63,682 nt of DNA. Origin: Octopus bimaculoides (taxonomy: Eukaryota). Position 1 is the stretch's first letter, and each line of letters opens with the position of its first letter. The notes under the pieces are model-generated. The model worked only from the letters and a program-made list of their open reading frames with translations, had not been told where the DNA came from and ran no database searches. Both the position numbers and the translations under genes were made by a program. Of this stretch, positions 37,191 through 50,905 are shown piece after piece. Location: NCBI RefSeq assembly GCF_001194135.2, contig NC_068983.1:157873681-157937362 (forward strand), given 5' to 3'.

Positions 37191-37834
37191 ATGACAGACG
37201 AGTGTTTCTGGCTTGCAAAGACTACAAACGGGTCTTTCTTGTAAACTAAGTATAATCGAACTATAATAATATATTTTTAGTTTCACTTAAATTAATCGAA
37301 GCTTTTACTTTAATCAAATAAGTTATTTAAATTAATTTTCTATAATCCTTAATTCATTACACATTTATTATTTCTCTTCCTTTCTCTAATGAACTTACTA
37401 TTTCATTTGCCGGCATAACTTTTGTGTCGATCATATAAAGCTATGGGGCATTACATTCTATGGCGTTTGTGAATAAATTTTTGGTGATATAAATCCAGAC
37501 AAATTTGAGTAATGCTACAAACTCTATAATAAAACTGCTGCAGATGGTCGCAGGTGTAGTGGATAATTGAAACTATCTAATACCCGACACTTCCGTTTCC
37601 ACCCTCCTTCATTGACATGCAGAATTACTTTCAAGACCTCTACTTGTAACGTCTACAGTTTAACCAAATATACATTAGCGAAGACCTATTTCAGAAATAA
37701 AGAAGTACACAAATTCACACACAAACACATGCTCATATGCATGAGTCTATGAACATATGTATTTATGTGTAAGTCTACACATATATTCATGAATACATAC
37801 ATACATATATATGTATGTTTTATGTATGTATTTA

Positions 37835-37837
<3 letters not shown>

Positions 37838-37930
<93 letters not shown>
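37838..37930. repeat. (TA)n microsatellite
   Basis: About 46 units. Confidence 0.95.
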
Positions 37931-37932
<2 letters not shown>

Positions 37933-38989
37933 AAGAATGTATAGCCACATATAAATCTCCTAATGTCAGAATAATAGAAAAAATATTTAAAAAAGCACCA
38001 AAATATATAGGATTCTGGAGTGTCAGAACATTAAACATAAAAAATAGTCCCTTAAAGAGTATAAAAAAAACAACCTTCTACCCACATGAATATTTATGAC
38101 TATATGCTTCAATAAAAATGATATTTCGTGGATAACAGTTGCGTCTACTTGCAAGGAAGCACATAAAAGAAAACGCACGTGAATACTATTTGCCTTCGGC
38201 GTTATTTTGTTATTTTGATATAGATACATATATTAATATACACATTTCTGTGAGAAGCCAACACATTTTCATAAATTTAGACTTTGATCAGAAAAGGTAA
38301 CAATAAATATATATATAAAAAAAGTTGAAATGATAAAGTAAGTAGAAAGATGGAAAGATAGAAACTGAAAATAGATAACTTCTCTAAGAAGAACCGTTTA
38401 AGTAGAAATAACAATGTATACAATATTTTAAGAGCGAGGTAAGGATGTGTTTTTGGGATTATCTACTAAATACTTTTAATCAAGAGGAGGCCTTTCAGAA
38501 AGATGTTAACTGGAACAATGAGACCAGGATAATAAAGTAGGCAAGGTATAGTGACTATGTGGGAGAAGTTCAATTTTACATGGGAGCTCAAGTTACTTTC
38601 GACTATATTCTCTATTTGGTTGTTGAAACATTGGGAAGGCATCTTTGAGAGTGAATCACTGAGATTACCACCCAGTGCGAATCCTTTGTAATTGTAAGTT
38701 TCTTTGTTTCATACGCCGAATAGTCAAGACATGAAAACAAAAAAAAAAAAAAAGAAAGAAAAAAAAAACAAGAACAAATACAAAAACAACAGCAAAGTAA
38801 GCTACTTAAGCGGAATCCATTTTTCAGAAGGTGTGAGTTTTATGCTGCAAAGTCTCTTGCTCTGTTGGTACAGAAATTTGGAATTCATTGAGAAAAATTC
38901 TGAGATAGACGAATGTCGGGCAAAATACTCTAAATACTGTCCCGGCCAAAAGAGTGTCGTACTAAATACAGCACATACATTATCTTTTA

Positions 38990-39425
38990 TTCTTTTACTC
39001 GTTTCAGTCCTTCAACTGCGGCCATGCTGGAGCACCGCTTCGAAGGGTTTTAGTCGAACAAATCGAACCTACGATTTATTTTTGTTTTAAAGCCTAGTAC
39101 TTATTCTATCAGTCGCTTTTGCTGAACCGCTAATTTAACGGGGACGTAAACACACCAACACCGGTTGTCAAGTTGTGATGAGGGGGGGACAAATACAGAC
39201 ACAAAGACACACACACATGAGTACATACATACATACATACATAATATTTATCTATCTATGTATCTCTCTCTCTCTATATATATTCGACAGGCTTCTTTTA
39301 GTTTTCTTCTACCAAATCCACTCACAAGGCTTTGTTCGTCCCGAGGCTATATAGTAGACACTTGCCCAAGGTGCGACACATTTGGACTGAGCCCAGAACC
39401 ATGTGGTTGGGAAGCCTTCACCATA
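38990..39425 (-). mobile_element. SINE family B, near full length with internal microsatellite
   Basis: tRNA-like head (CCCAACCACATGGTTCTGGGCTCAG..CACCTTGGGCAAGTGTC), internal (TA/TG/TATG) tract at about 39200-39285, and the shared 3' half. Confidence 0.8.
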
Positions 39426-39436
39426 CATATATATAT

Positions 39437-39494
<58 letters not shown>

Positions 39495-39550
39495 CTATAT
39501 ATATATATTATATAAATAATATGTAAGTATATGCATATATACATACATAT

Positions 39551-39701
39551 ATATACATACAGGGAATGTTCTTTATGTTGCCTGTCTCGTTTTTCTATTT
39601 GTTTCTTTTGTTGTTCGAAAAAAAGTTCGTTTTCTATGCTTTTTTATGTTCTCGTTTCTCTTTTTGTTCACGTTCTTTTGGTGTCCTGTACCCATATATG
39701 C

Positions 39702-39793
<92 letters not shown>

Positions 39794-40007
39794 AGGTATG
39801 TATATATGTATGTATATATGCATATACTTATATATTATTACATGATCGAACGCCACGCATCCATTTCCAAGTAAGTTTTATCTTAATAATTACGATGCGC
39901 ACGCTCATTCTATCTCTATTCTTTCTATCTATATCTCTCTCTTGTTCTTCCTTTCTGTTTTTCTCTCCCACCCTTTCCCTATTCTTTTCCTCTCCCCTTC
40001 ACCGTTC

Positions 40008-40045
<38 letters not shown>

Positions 40046-40631
40046 ACTCTTCCTCCTTGAGTCTCATGTTGCTCACACGTGACCAACGGTTATCCATCTT
40101 TCTTCCACTTCCTTCCGAAAGACAAGGCGTGCTTCTACTTGTCTCTTCTTAAAGCTCATTTTTCCAGCGTTCGCAACTTCACATCGTCTTGGCTTCACAG
40201 CCCTCACCGTTTGTTTTTACTGTTTTGTTCTCATTGTCCTGTTTTTGTTGCCACTTTAACCCTCCGCAAAAAATCCCAAATGTTATTTAATGTGCTTTGC
40301 GGGAAGGACTGTTTTAACGAAGCCGTGTCTTGTCCCTACCTTCGAAACGCGGGGTAGATAAAACAGGGGACATCTGATGAAGGGAATGTTCTTTATGTTG
40401 CATGTCTTGTTTCTCTAGTTGTTTCTTTCGTTGTTCGAAAAAAAGTTCGTTTCCTATGTTTTTTTTATGTTCTCGTTTCTCTTTTTGTTCACGTTTTTTA
40501 TGTCCTGTACCCACATATGCATGTATATATACATATATATGTAGGTATGTACATATATGTATGTATATATGTATATACTTATATACTATTTATATTATCA
40601 TATGACCGAACGCCACGCATCCATTTCCAAG

Positions 40632-40632
<1 letters not shown>
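39551..40632 (+). mobile_element. Direct-repeat-bounded unit, probably Penelope-derived
   Basis: 39551-39872 and 40381-40632 are diverged direct repeats (AGGGAATGTTCTTTATGTTGC...GAACGCCACGCATCCATTTCCAAGT). CGAAAC and CTGATGAA motifs precede the second copy. Confidence 0.45.
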
Positions 40633-40700
<68 letters not shown>

Positions 40701-42194
40701 ATACATATACACACGTGTGTGTGTATGCGTGTATGCATGTGTGTGTCTGCGTGTGTGTGTATGTGACTGTTTAGGGGCACAGTAAATGTGTATACATTTG
40801 TTTTTGGCAAACTATTTCTTTTAATATGACATTGAATATTCTTTATTCAAATTGATTTTTGCTGTTGGCGAAGGTAGTCAATGTAAGCGGGACACCAATG
40901 GAGGGCAAAACTACCTTTGAAAGAAATATTTGGAAAATGAATTTTAGATAAAATACTCATAAAATGATTTTTTCCCCCGTAGGCACGAAACATTAGATTT
41001 AGATGGAGAAATAGACAATGAGATATTGTGACGACCTGTATTTTTCAGTTTCATAATCGATCAACGTGTAATCCATCCAATTGAAATCAAATCCTTAGTT
41101 TTCGATGTTCTCAATAATCCATGCTACAGACATCTTGCTATTAAAGCACAGAATACATCTTTTCTTGCTCCACTAACAAAAAACAACAATAATAAACTGT
41201 TTCTTCGGATTTATAAAACTTGACATAGGATTACCGTGTTAAATTTCAGTGTTTATCGCGATGGGACATATAGGGCTATGTCAGTCGTGTGGCGTAATCG
41301 ATGTATGGTTGTTTTGACATAGAAGTACGACTGGAATAATTGTGTATGAGCGATATGAATGTAAAGAAGGATTAGTGACTGAATGAAAATAAAAGAGATT
41401 GCACGATCTTATTTGTAGAGGAAGAGGTTACATTGCATGTTGCGTCGAAGGAAGATCCCAACAGATCACAAAAAGGACTGAAGTTGTACGAGAATATAAG
41501 CTGAGAGTAGAATGTTACAGAAAATTGCTTTAGTTGTTATATTAATTCAACAAAAACAAATTAGGTATTAAATATGAAGGAATGAATACTTAGTTGAGTA
41601 AGGAAAATATTAAGAAGGATGGAGGGTTAATCTGTGGTATATTGATTAAAGATATATCAAGAATGCAAACAGAGAGATGGTTTCTATTTGTAGTAAAGGT
41701 CAAACGCTAACAGTGAAACCAGTAGAACAATGATACAAATCGACAGAAAGGACTGCATGTTAACTCGATATAATTATGACCAGACATAAAGTCGTATTTC
41801 TCTTTTCTGATACGAATTTACTACTAATGAGGTTACAGATTAGAACCTATAATTAAAATATCAACATTTGCGTCTATTGGCTGAAAATGCTGTTTAGCCT
41901 CCAGATCAGGTGGGCTTAACCGACACGAATTATGATCAAAGGTAGTCATTCTTTGACAATCCCGATTTCAGAAAGATTTTACTGCTAATTCTCTCGGGTC
42001 AAGTTACCTTGAAAAATTCCGTCTAAACATGCTGGCTGTTACTGAAAACACCCAAGGTGGAAGCAATGCAACTAACTCACTCAGGTGTTGTTGGGACGAT
42101 TTTCGTCACTCCACTATATATGATGCTTTAAACACCCCACGTCCATAAGAGATATCTCCGGACGAACATTGCAGGACATTTTCTTATGAAAAAT

Positions 42195-42330
42195 TTATGT
42201 ATTTACCTATTTACCATATTTATGTATGTCATTGTTAATTTGTATTTCAAGATATCTTGCCAATAGAAAAAGATCCGGTTTCTAACCTAGACCCAAGGCT
42301 TCATTGAAATTTCAACAACAGAAATATCTA
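42195..42330 (-). mobile_element. 3' UTR fragment of the (CATA)-tailed RLE LINE family
   Basis: Reverse complement matches 29320-29425 (GAAATT.CAATGAAG..CCTT.G.TCTAGG.TAGAAACCGG.TCTTT..CTATTGG) and ends AATGACATACATAAAT. Confidence 0.75.
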
Positions 42331-43386
42331 TATAAAACAGGTTATTTTAGGACAAAATATAATGTAAAATTGTAAAGTAAAAACTGAATCAGAAAGCGAA
42401 TGGTGAACCACATGGACGGTTTAGAAACATAAGTCTTCGAGCAGAATAATGATTTAATTATTTAGGCAACTAAAACAAAAATAGAGACATATTTATAATG
42501 TTAAACATCTAAATGAATGATCTAACAAGTAATAATTTTGTTGTGAATGTGAATCTCAAACCTAGGTTTGAGAATGCTATCTCTTCAAGTTTACTGCTTT
42601 GAAAAAGTGTATTTAAATTCCTCGGAAATGATATACAAATGTTTTAGGGCAAAGATTTGTTGATGCTATGATGTAGGTAAAATCATCTTGAAAATTAATA
42701 AATTTCATTTTTCTAAATTATATGATTTAAAAATATTTTCTGATTACTTAAGAAATAAATTTCGAAGAGAATTTTCTTTAAAAATCTACATAAGTTTGTA
42801 GTTTTTTTAATTTACTGAAGGCTAATTACAAAAGACATAAAATGGCCATAGAAAATTGATTACATATGATGAGATTCTTCGATACTGAGAGAATAGGAAA
42901 ACATAAAACGGGAACGAAAATAACATTAGATAAAATAACAGGAAATCAGATGATTCAAGGTTTCGGAACAATACAATTAAATACAATTAAAGCTTTCAAA
43001 GAAACCCCAGAATAGTTTTACCGGGAACTTTGCAAAAACAGATATCAAAGTTAAGGAAGCATTCGTTTAAATAAAAATAAGGAAATACTTAAGAAATATA
43101 TAGAGTAAAGCACTCAGCCAGTAACATAAAAGACAGGAAAATAAGAGAAAAACAGGGAAAGGCGCAGCAATCAAAAGGAATATCGGCCAAAAGTACAGCA
43201 TAAGAAACAAAAAAGAAAAACAACAAGAGGAAAAGAAAGGCAAAAAAAAAAAAAAATCTCAAGAATTGACGAAAATTAACAACCATTTAGAATAATTAGA
43301 AATTGCAGAGTTTGAGGGTCGAGATAACATTAACGACTCCAGTGTATAGAATGATATATATCTGAAATTTATGTGGACGACAGATA

Positions 43387-43558
43387 ACTCTTCTCTATGG
43401 TGACTCTTCTCTATGGTGACTCTTCTCTATGGTGACTCTTCTCTATGGTGACTCTTCTCTATGTTGACTCTTCTTTATGGTGACTCTTCTCTATGGTGAC
43501 TCTTCTCTATGGTGACTCTTCTCTATGGTGACTCTTCTCTATGGTGACTCTTCTCTAT
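43387..43558. repeat. 16-bp minisatellite ACTCTTCTCTATGGTG, 10.75 copies
   Basis: Ten full units, only units 5 and 6 with one substitution each, plus a partial unit. Confidence 0.97.
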
Positions 43559-43705
43559 TTACTTTCATCGAATAACTAATATATTCTATTGCAAAGAAAA
43601 CAATCGTAAAACCCTTACTAGAAACAACACGTCAACGATCAGTATTAATACAGATAATGGTTTTGATATTAAAGAATTTGAACATTCACTCACATACGTA
43701 CATAC

Positions 43706-43885
43706 ATACATCCTTGCTGAAAATTTCCTGGCTTTAAGGATATCGCGAAAGGCCTGGTTTTAGGCCCAAAATTCCGCTGCAACAAGTGTGTGGATATGAG
43801 AGTGGAATATGTTGAATAAAATTATAATTACAGGAACTGTATTTTCTTCTGTCCAAAGTCAAGAACTTTTCAGCACCCCCTCGTA
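43706..43885. mobile_element. Mariner-derived MITE
   Basis: Left TGCTGAAAATTTCCTGGCTTT (from 43715) is the inverted counterpart of right AAAGTCAAGAACTTTTCAGCACCCCCTCG, followed by TA at 43884-43885. Confidence 0.65.
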
Positions 43886-44344
43886 CATGCAGACATATAT
43901 ATATATATATATATATACAAACATACTATTATGCAAGCAAATATAGAAGAGAAAGAGGATAACTTCGAAGCTTCCGGCTTGTATACCCAGATTATATCTT
44001 CAGATTATACCAATAATAATTGTTACTCTGGCTTTAGCAAGCAAAAACCTGAATAAGAAATCTTGAAGATTACTAAAACAATCTGTAAGCGGAATTGTAA
44101 AAGTATGCAAAATTTTCCTCAAATTCAAAATGTGAATTTGTTTTTATTTACATTCCAGCGGTAAGTTTTGTACCTTTGTTTGAAACCGTCTCATTCCCTC
44201 AGGAAGATTTCAAATCAATAAAAGTAAAAGAGAACATGTACACACACAATCACACATACAATCACACACACTCACACTCACTCACAAACGTATGCACAAG
44301 TTCTTCTATATGCATAAATACATGCACACATGCAAGCACATCCA

Positions 44345-44384
<40 letters not shown>

Positions 44385-44398
44385 TGTGTGTGTGTGCA

Positions 44399-44438
<40 letters not shown>

Positions 44439-45249
44439 CACTGACGTGTGTGCGTGTGTATGTGTGTATGTATGTATGTATGTATGTATGTATGTATGAT
44501 ACAGGACATCGGTGGCCAAACCGTGTAAACGCAAGCACACAAAATTCAATCGAAAGTCGTTGTTTGATCTGGGGATATAGAAACAGACACTTTTGCAGTA
44601 TACCAATGTAATGGAACCGAAGAAACTATCTGGTTGCGAAGCGAACGTCCAAACGAGACCGCTACACACCTCAATGTAAATAATATCGCAACAAAATTAT
44701 GATGCTATTCATATTTAACCACCCGCTACATAAAAAGAAAAAAAAAAAAAACAGATCTAAGTAGAAAAGCGAAAAATACACAATAATTTCTAAATCAGCG
44801 CTTAGAACAGAAAGTATTTTAAACTTAATCAGCTCAATGTCTTAAAGTTTATATTAGCGGCACTGCAGCACAAAAATCACAATCGAGAAAGTATATGAAA
44901 ATGTAAATAAACAATTGGTAATGACCGCATATTGAGACCCTTTTCTCTTAAACATCATTGATCACGTTTTCTCAAGATGTTTGGTTCTGGCATAGTCAAA
45001 GTGTATATAGGCTGAAATACTTTTCCGGGAAATATGAATAGGAAATTTTCAACATCAAGAAAATTCTTTGCCTAAGTTTCATTAGTCTCGATCTCCTGTG
45101 TTTTATTTTGCAATACAAGAATTTACAGTTGTATGTGCTTGACTTATATGTATATGCTTGACTTATATCAAAATTAATGGAATAGTTGACGAATAATATG
45201 CATATTTGGAGAAAAGATATAAAGACTTAGAAATATTATGAAACAGATA

Positions 45250-46463
45250 TCAGGTCATCCCATAAGTTCTGTCCGATTTTACCTTTTTTAAAATTGAATG
45301 AAATTTAATAGTATTTTAGAATGTCTAATGGAATTTAAAATTATTTTTATACATTTGTGTACATTTAAACTAATTAAATATTATTTTACAGAATAATAGA
45401 ATTAAAATTTCTAACATGGAAGTATCCAAAGAGCATATTTAAGGTACATAATGCTTTATGAGTACAGAAAAGGAAACTCTGCAGCCGAAGCGACTCGAAA
45501 CATGCGCTCAGTTTATGGGAAAGAATGCTTGAATGAAAGAACTTGCAGAAGATGGTTTGCAAAATTCAGAAGTGGAGATTTCAGCCTTGAAGATGATGAT
45601 AGAACAGGACGTCCAGTTGAGTTTGATGATAAGCTCCTTGAGGCATTGCTTGAAGAAAATCCTGCATCATCTGTTGAAGAATTAGCAATAAAGCTTAGTT
45701 CAAACCATACAAATGTTCATTGTCATCTTCAACAACTTGGAAAGTTTCATAAACTTGGAAAATGGGTGCTTCATGAATTGTCCGAAAGCAACCGCAAATC
45801 CCGCTCTTCTCTCCATTCTCGCGAACTCATTTCACCCTTTTTGGATAGACTTGTGACTGGTGACGGAAAATGGATCTTCTGTCGAAATGTTAAGCGTCGT
45901 AAGCAGCGGCTTGGTAAAAGGGAAAAATGTCAACCACAACCGAGAAGGGATCTTCATGGAAAAAAATTCTTCTCTCTATCTGGTGGGATTGCAAAGGAGT
46001 AATTCACTTTGAACTGTTACCACCTAATGCAACAATCAATGCTCAAGTCTACTGTCAGCGATTAGAGCGTTTGAACCAAGCTTTGAAAAAAAAAAAAGAC
46101 CCACTTTATTAAATTGAAAAGGAGTGATGTTTCATCAGGACAATGCGCAACCCCACACTGCAAAGATCACCTTATTCACCCGACCTTGCTCCTTCAGACT
46201 ACCATTTGTTTCGTAGTTTACAGAATCATTTAGGGGACATAACTTTCGCAAGCCAGGAGGAGGTCGAAACTGACATTTCAGAGTTCTTCGCTTTGAAACC
46301 AAAATAGTTTTACATTGATGGGATTAAAATGCTTGTAAATAGATGGAAGGAAGTCATAGATAATCAGGGAAAGTATATTGATGATTAAATTTCAATTAAA
46401 TATAACATTTGATCACTTGTTTTCTTTATTCAAAATTCGGACAGAACTTATGGGATGACCTGA
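45250..46463 (+). mobile_element. Mariner (DD34D) transposon, near complete, inactive
   Basis: Perfect 27-bp TIRs TCAGGTCATCCCATAAGTTCTGTCCGA (45250-45276 / 46437-46463) with TA at 45248-45249 and 46464-46465. Confidence 0.96.
45416..46388 (+). pseudogene. Mariner transposase pseudogene
   Basis: MEVSKEHI, HTH region, WVLHEL, LVTGDGKW, HQDNAQPH, YSPDLAPSDYHLF, ending GKYIDD*. Several frameshifts and stops; about 14 codons missing between the second and third catalytic Asp. Confidence 0.93.
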
Positions 46464-46659
46464 TAAAATGCAGTATCACTATAATACATAATACAGTGAA
46501 AAGTCACTTATAATCAAGGGTAGTGTTATCAAAATCAGTGGGTTAAACTTGTTATTTAAAATGAATATGAAATGGTCTGCTTTTTTGGAATTAAAGGTGT
46601 GGGAACTTTTATTTGTAAACTGCAATTCCACAACCTATTCCACAAATATATTGCTTCTA

Positions 46660-46820
46660 ATTTTGATACAAGGCCACCAAGTTTCAAGGAGAGGGTATGT
46701 CGATTACATCGACTCCAGTGTTCAATTGGTACTTATTTTATTGATCTCGAAAGTATGAAACAAAAAAAGTTGATCTCGGTGGATTTAAACCCGGCATACT
46801 AACGATTCTGCCAGCTCTTC
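46660..46820 (-). mobile_element. SINE family A, decayed
   Basis: GTCGATTACATCGACTCCAG-type segment, central domain and AACGATTCTGCCAGCTC head. Confidence 0.75.
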
Positions 46821-48243
46821 CACTAATATATTGCTTATGACCAGTACGGAGGTAAAAACAAAAAGGTGCTAACTACAGAAATGGGGGTAGATGCTTGGTG
46901 ATCGTAGTGGGAGGCAATTCTTTTAGTGACGTTAGTGGTAGAATGGTATGTTGGTGGTGGAAGTCTAGGTACTCGTGTATTAAGTTTAGGAGCTGATGGC
47001 TGGTGGCATTGATGTTTTTGTGTATGGGCAGGTCTGTTATTGTAATCAGGATAATATCTTCAAACGGTTATTGTTATCAGAAATAGTTGCTCTCAATGTT
47101 CTATTTTTTTTAGTTTCTTTTAGTTAGGGGAGTTGGCATACCTACGACCCTTGGCAGGACCTCGGAGACAGGTGGGTAGGGGTAATGATAGGGGAGTAAG
47201 TTATCTTCAAGTCGGAGACCTGGTTCGAATGCTTGCAACAGGCTTCGCGAAAGTGTCTGGTGATGATGGAGGCGAGGGATTAAGAATATCTCCCATTATT
47301 TATATTAAATTAAACATTATCCAATTATCGTTACATAAGGTCCAAATAATATTTTATTGCCTGATTAATATTATCAGCTGCCCCTTGTCATCGAAAAAAC
47401 TTTTGTCTCAAAAGGATTACAATAAACGGATCCCACCATATTAGATAAGTATAATAAAAATTAACTCCAGAAATAAAACAACTAACCCAGCAGTAAACGA
47501 TAGCAGAAATTGTTTTACTTGTAATGAAAATTCTAAGAAGTGAATCACTAGGCAAGAAATAACACCCATCAATTTCAAAAAGAAAGGACACATAAAAAAT
47601 GTAATTTTAGAGATATTACTGAAAAGAAATAAAAAGACAAGATGGTCATGATTGAAACAAACACTTTTAAACAGACGTTTAATTAATCAGGATTAACCTG
47701 GAATTAAATAATAACAAGAAAATAACAGCAAGAACTCTTCCGGCAAATGTATTCAACTTATTTTGTAATAATTAGTGACCTGGTGTTTCAGCTAATGATG
47801 CAAACTCGTTTATACAGTATTTTCAAAATTACTGTATTAATATAAAATTTCTGATGTATTTATTTCTGATTGAAATACAATTAAGCTTAAATTATAATAC
47901 CAAACTTAGTATATTTGTAACATAAGGTTTTTATCAAGTGAAAGATTCAATACGTAAAGACTCATAGGCAAACAATAAAAGAAGCGGCCAAAAACATAAA
48001 TAGTGCATTTTCCGCCATACGAATCGAATTTTTCAAACCAAAAGTTACAACCCCCACAAATAGCAGGTTGGTTTATACACCAAGATGCCTTTGGAGGACC
48101 CAAAATTTCATGTGAAATGTAGCAGGATTTGGGAAGATAGTGACGATGTTTGAATGTTTAGACTACATGTTTACACACACACGCACATAGATATACAGAG
48201 TATATATACAGAGTGTATATATATATATATCTATATATATATA

Positions 48244-48404
48244 NNNNNNNNNNNNNNNNNNNNNNNNNNNNNNNNNNNNNNNNNNNNNNNNNNNNNNNNN
48301 NNNNNNNNNNNNNNNNNNNNNNNNNNNNNNNNNNNNNNNNNNNNNNNNNNNNNNNNNNNNNNNNNNNNNNNNNNNNNNNNNNNNNNNNNNNNNNNNNNNN
48401 NNNN
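48244..48404. other. Assembly gap
   Basis: Run of N. Confidence 1.
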
Positions 48405-48429
48405 TATATATACCACGTTGACATGTGTG

Positions 48430-48782
48430 CCAGAAAATATGGTACATGCAAAAGGAACTGAAAAAATCCTTGTGAATGGATTTGGTAGACGGAAACTGAA
48501 AGTACTAAGTAGTGTTAATAGGCATAAGCAAAATTTGGGTCAGTTGAAATATATTTGTGATGTGTGTTTTTATGTCTGTGTTTGTCCCCCACCTTCGCTT
48601 GACAACAGGTGCTGGTGCGTTTAGTCCCTGTGGTATAGAGGTTTGGCAAAGGAGGTCGATAGAGTAAGTACCGGGCTTTAAAACATAAGTACTGGGATCG
48701 ATACATTCGACTAAAATTGAAAGGTGGTGCCCCAACATGGCAGCTGTCAAATGACTGAAACAAGTAAACGATAAAGATAAAA
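48430..48782 (+). mobile_element. SINE family B
   Basis: CCTTGTGAATGGATTTGGTAGACGGAAACTGAAAG, then TTTGTCCCCCACCTTCGCTTGACAAC, through ATGACTGAAACAAGTAAA. Confidence 0.85.
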
Positions 48783-49269
48783 GATCGTCGACAAATTACA
48801 CATAGAGAGAGAGCGAGGGGAGGGAGAGAGAATGAGTGTGTGAAAGAAAGAGAAAGATATAAAGAGAGTTAATCCATTGAAGTTGTTTAATGTTCCTGGC
48901 TTAAGACCAAAGCAGAAACTTGAACTAGAATAGTAAAAGATCAAAGTGTACACACGGAGAAATGCAGTAAGAAAGAGGTTAATGGCAGTAAACATCAAAA
49001 TATATTGAGAAAGTATACTAAAGTAATATGAATTTCGATTGGGTTATGCCCCAATACTTCCAAACGGGCAGAGAGAGTATAAGATTAGTAGTACAGAGAA
49101 CTTGACATCTAGTGATAATAGAGCAGATGTGTATTCTAAATACGGTTATAGAAAATGATAAAGAAATCTAGAATGAACTGGTAACGTTGAGATCCTGAGA
49201 TTTCGGAATAACAATAGCAAAGTATTTCTTTTTTACATATATTAGTCTCTTTTAATAATATTAATTTTT

Positions 49270-49686
49270 ATTTCTATCGCAGGCACAAGGCCTGAAGTTG
49301 TGGAGGATAGGCAAGTCGATTATATCAACCACCAGCGCTCGATTGGTACTTATTCTGTTGACCCCAAAAGGGTGAAAGGCTATGTCGGCATCGGCAGAAT
49401 TTGAACTCGAAACATAAAGGCAGGCGAAATTTTTCCCGTCGTGTTGACGATTCTGCCAGCTTAAAAAGAAACCTTTCAACTAAAGGAACCAGGCCTGAGA
49501 TTTTGGGGGAGGGGACTTGTTGATTACATCAACCCTCAGTATTTAACTGGTACTTATTTGATCCGTCTTGAAAAGATGAAAGGCAAAGTCGACTTCGGTG
49601 GAATTTGAACTCAGAACATAAAGGCAGACGAAATGCTGCAAGGCATTTTACTCGTCGTGCTAACGAAACTGCCAGCTCGCCACCTT
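49270..49686 (-). mobile_element. Two tandem SINE family A copies
   Basis: Copies at about 49270-49462 and 49475-49686, each with tail, central domain and head. Confidence 0.85.
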
Positions 49687-49689
49687 AAA

Positions 49690-50340
49690 GAACCAATAAT
49701 TGCGATAATTATAATAAAGAGTTTGAAGAGAAATCTTTGCAAAGTCATTTTTGGAAAGCCACTGTGGGTGTACGCGGAACAAAATCCTGGGCTTAGTTGA
49801 AAAAGGGACAACTGTAAAAAGAAACAGAGAACCTTATTATAACAGAACAAGACCAAACACTGCAAATAGACAACTTGGGAAAATATGGGAAGAAGGTATC
49901 GGTAAAATGTAGAATAGGTGGAATTTGGGATGAAATAATGACACACATTGTTCCCGAATGCCTCAAGTTGGCCACGGAAGAATATAAGAAATGTAAAAAG
50001 GATCAAGCTGTGAAAGTTTTACTCTTGAAGCGTTGGCAAAAATGGGAGTTTGAAGTAGCAAGTACATAATACAATCAGCTAATACTAAGAATATTTGATT
50101 CGGAAACGTGCAAAATTTGATGTGATTTTCCTATTGAAATGGATAGGAAGATGGAACGTAACGAACCAGATATCACAGTAATAGACAAGGAAAATAGAAT
50201 TTGCTTACTGAATAATCCACATGATACAAGGATTATAAAGAAAGAAGGTGAAAAGTTGAAAGGCTACCAACCCTTAGAATTTGAGATTGTGCGGGTTTGG
50301 AACATGAACTCTGTAAAATTAGTGTAGTCATCATTACTCG
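49690..50340 (+). mobile_element. R4/Dong-type LINE fragment
   Basis: KCRIGG..DEIMTHIVPECLKLATEEYKK (CCHC remnant), MERNEPDITVIDKENRICLL, KLKGYQPLEFEIVRVW. Confidence 0.75.
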
Positions 50341-50834
50341 TTTCTATAATTTTTAGTGCTGGACGTAAACGATTGCGCTAGAAAATCTGATTTTTATAAT
50401 GTCATTTTGTTTATATCTGGTATAAAATTTGCTCCCATATCCGAAAATTCTTACAGGGAGCGTAATTTTCCCCCTGTTCCTACTACCATTATGAAATATA
50501 ACTTTTAGGACTACCACTGATATGGTTGTGAAATACAAAAGAGTTAAAAAGTTTAAAAGCCGCGCAGTAAAAGCATAGGCAGCGAAGGTAAAATATTGAA
50601 ACAAATCTTTTACTAACAGGGAAATAAATGGAGGTTAATTTGAGAAAAAAAAGAACCTTTTTTATCTGTTGTTCTGAATGAAAACTGAACAAAAATGCTT
50701 TCTCGTCAAGTAAAAAGCGAAAACTTACTAATAGAGTTCTGAAAAAAGCAAGTGTCCACGTTAAACAAGGACAAAAGTAATTGAACCGATTATAAGAATA
50801 TCTTCTCCAAGTTGCTGTTGCTGCTACTGCTGCA

Positions 50835-50904
<70 letters not shown>

Positions 50905-50905
<1 letters not shown>

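Noticed and set aside
41930-41945. TCF site ATCAAAGG
   Set aside because: Appears to lie in a decayed repeat-like segment; an isolated short motif.
43387-43558. Regular short repeats as a possible CRISPR array
   Set aside because: Head-to-tail with no spacers, eukaryotic context, no cas genes.
46860-47320. G/T-rich block, ORF 47133-47444
   Set aside because: Resembles a decayed retroelement on the minus strand, but no motif could be assigned; the ORF is unrecognisable.
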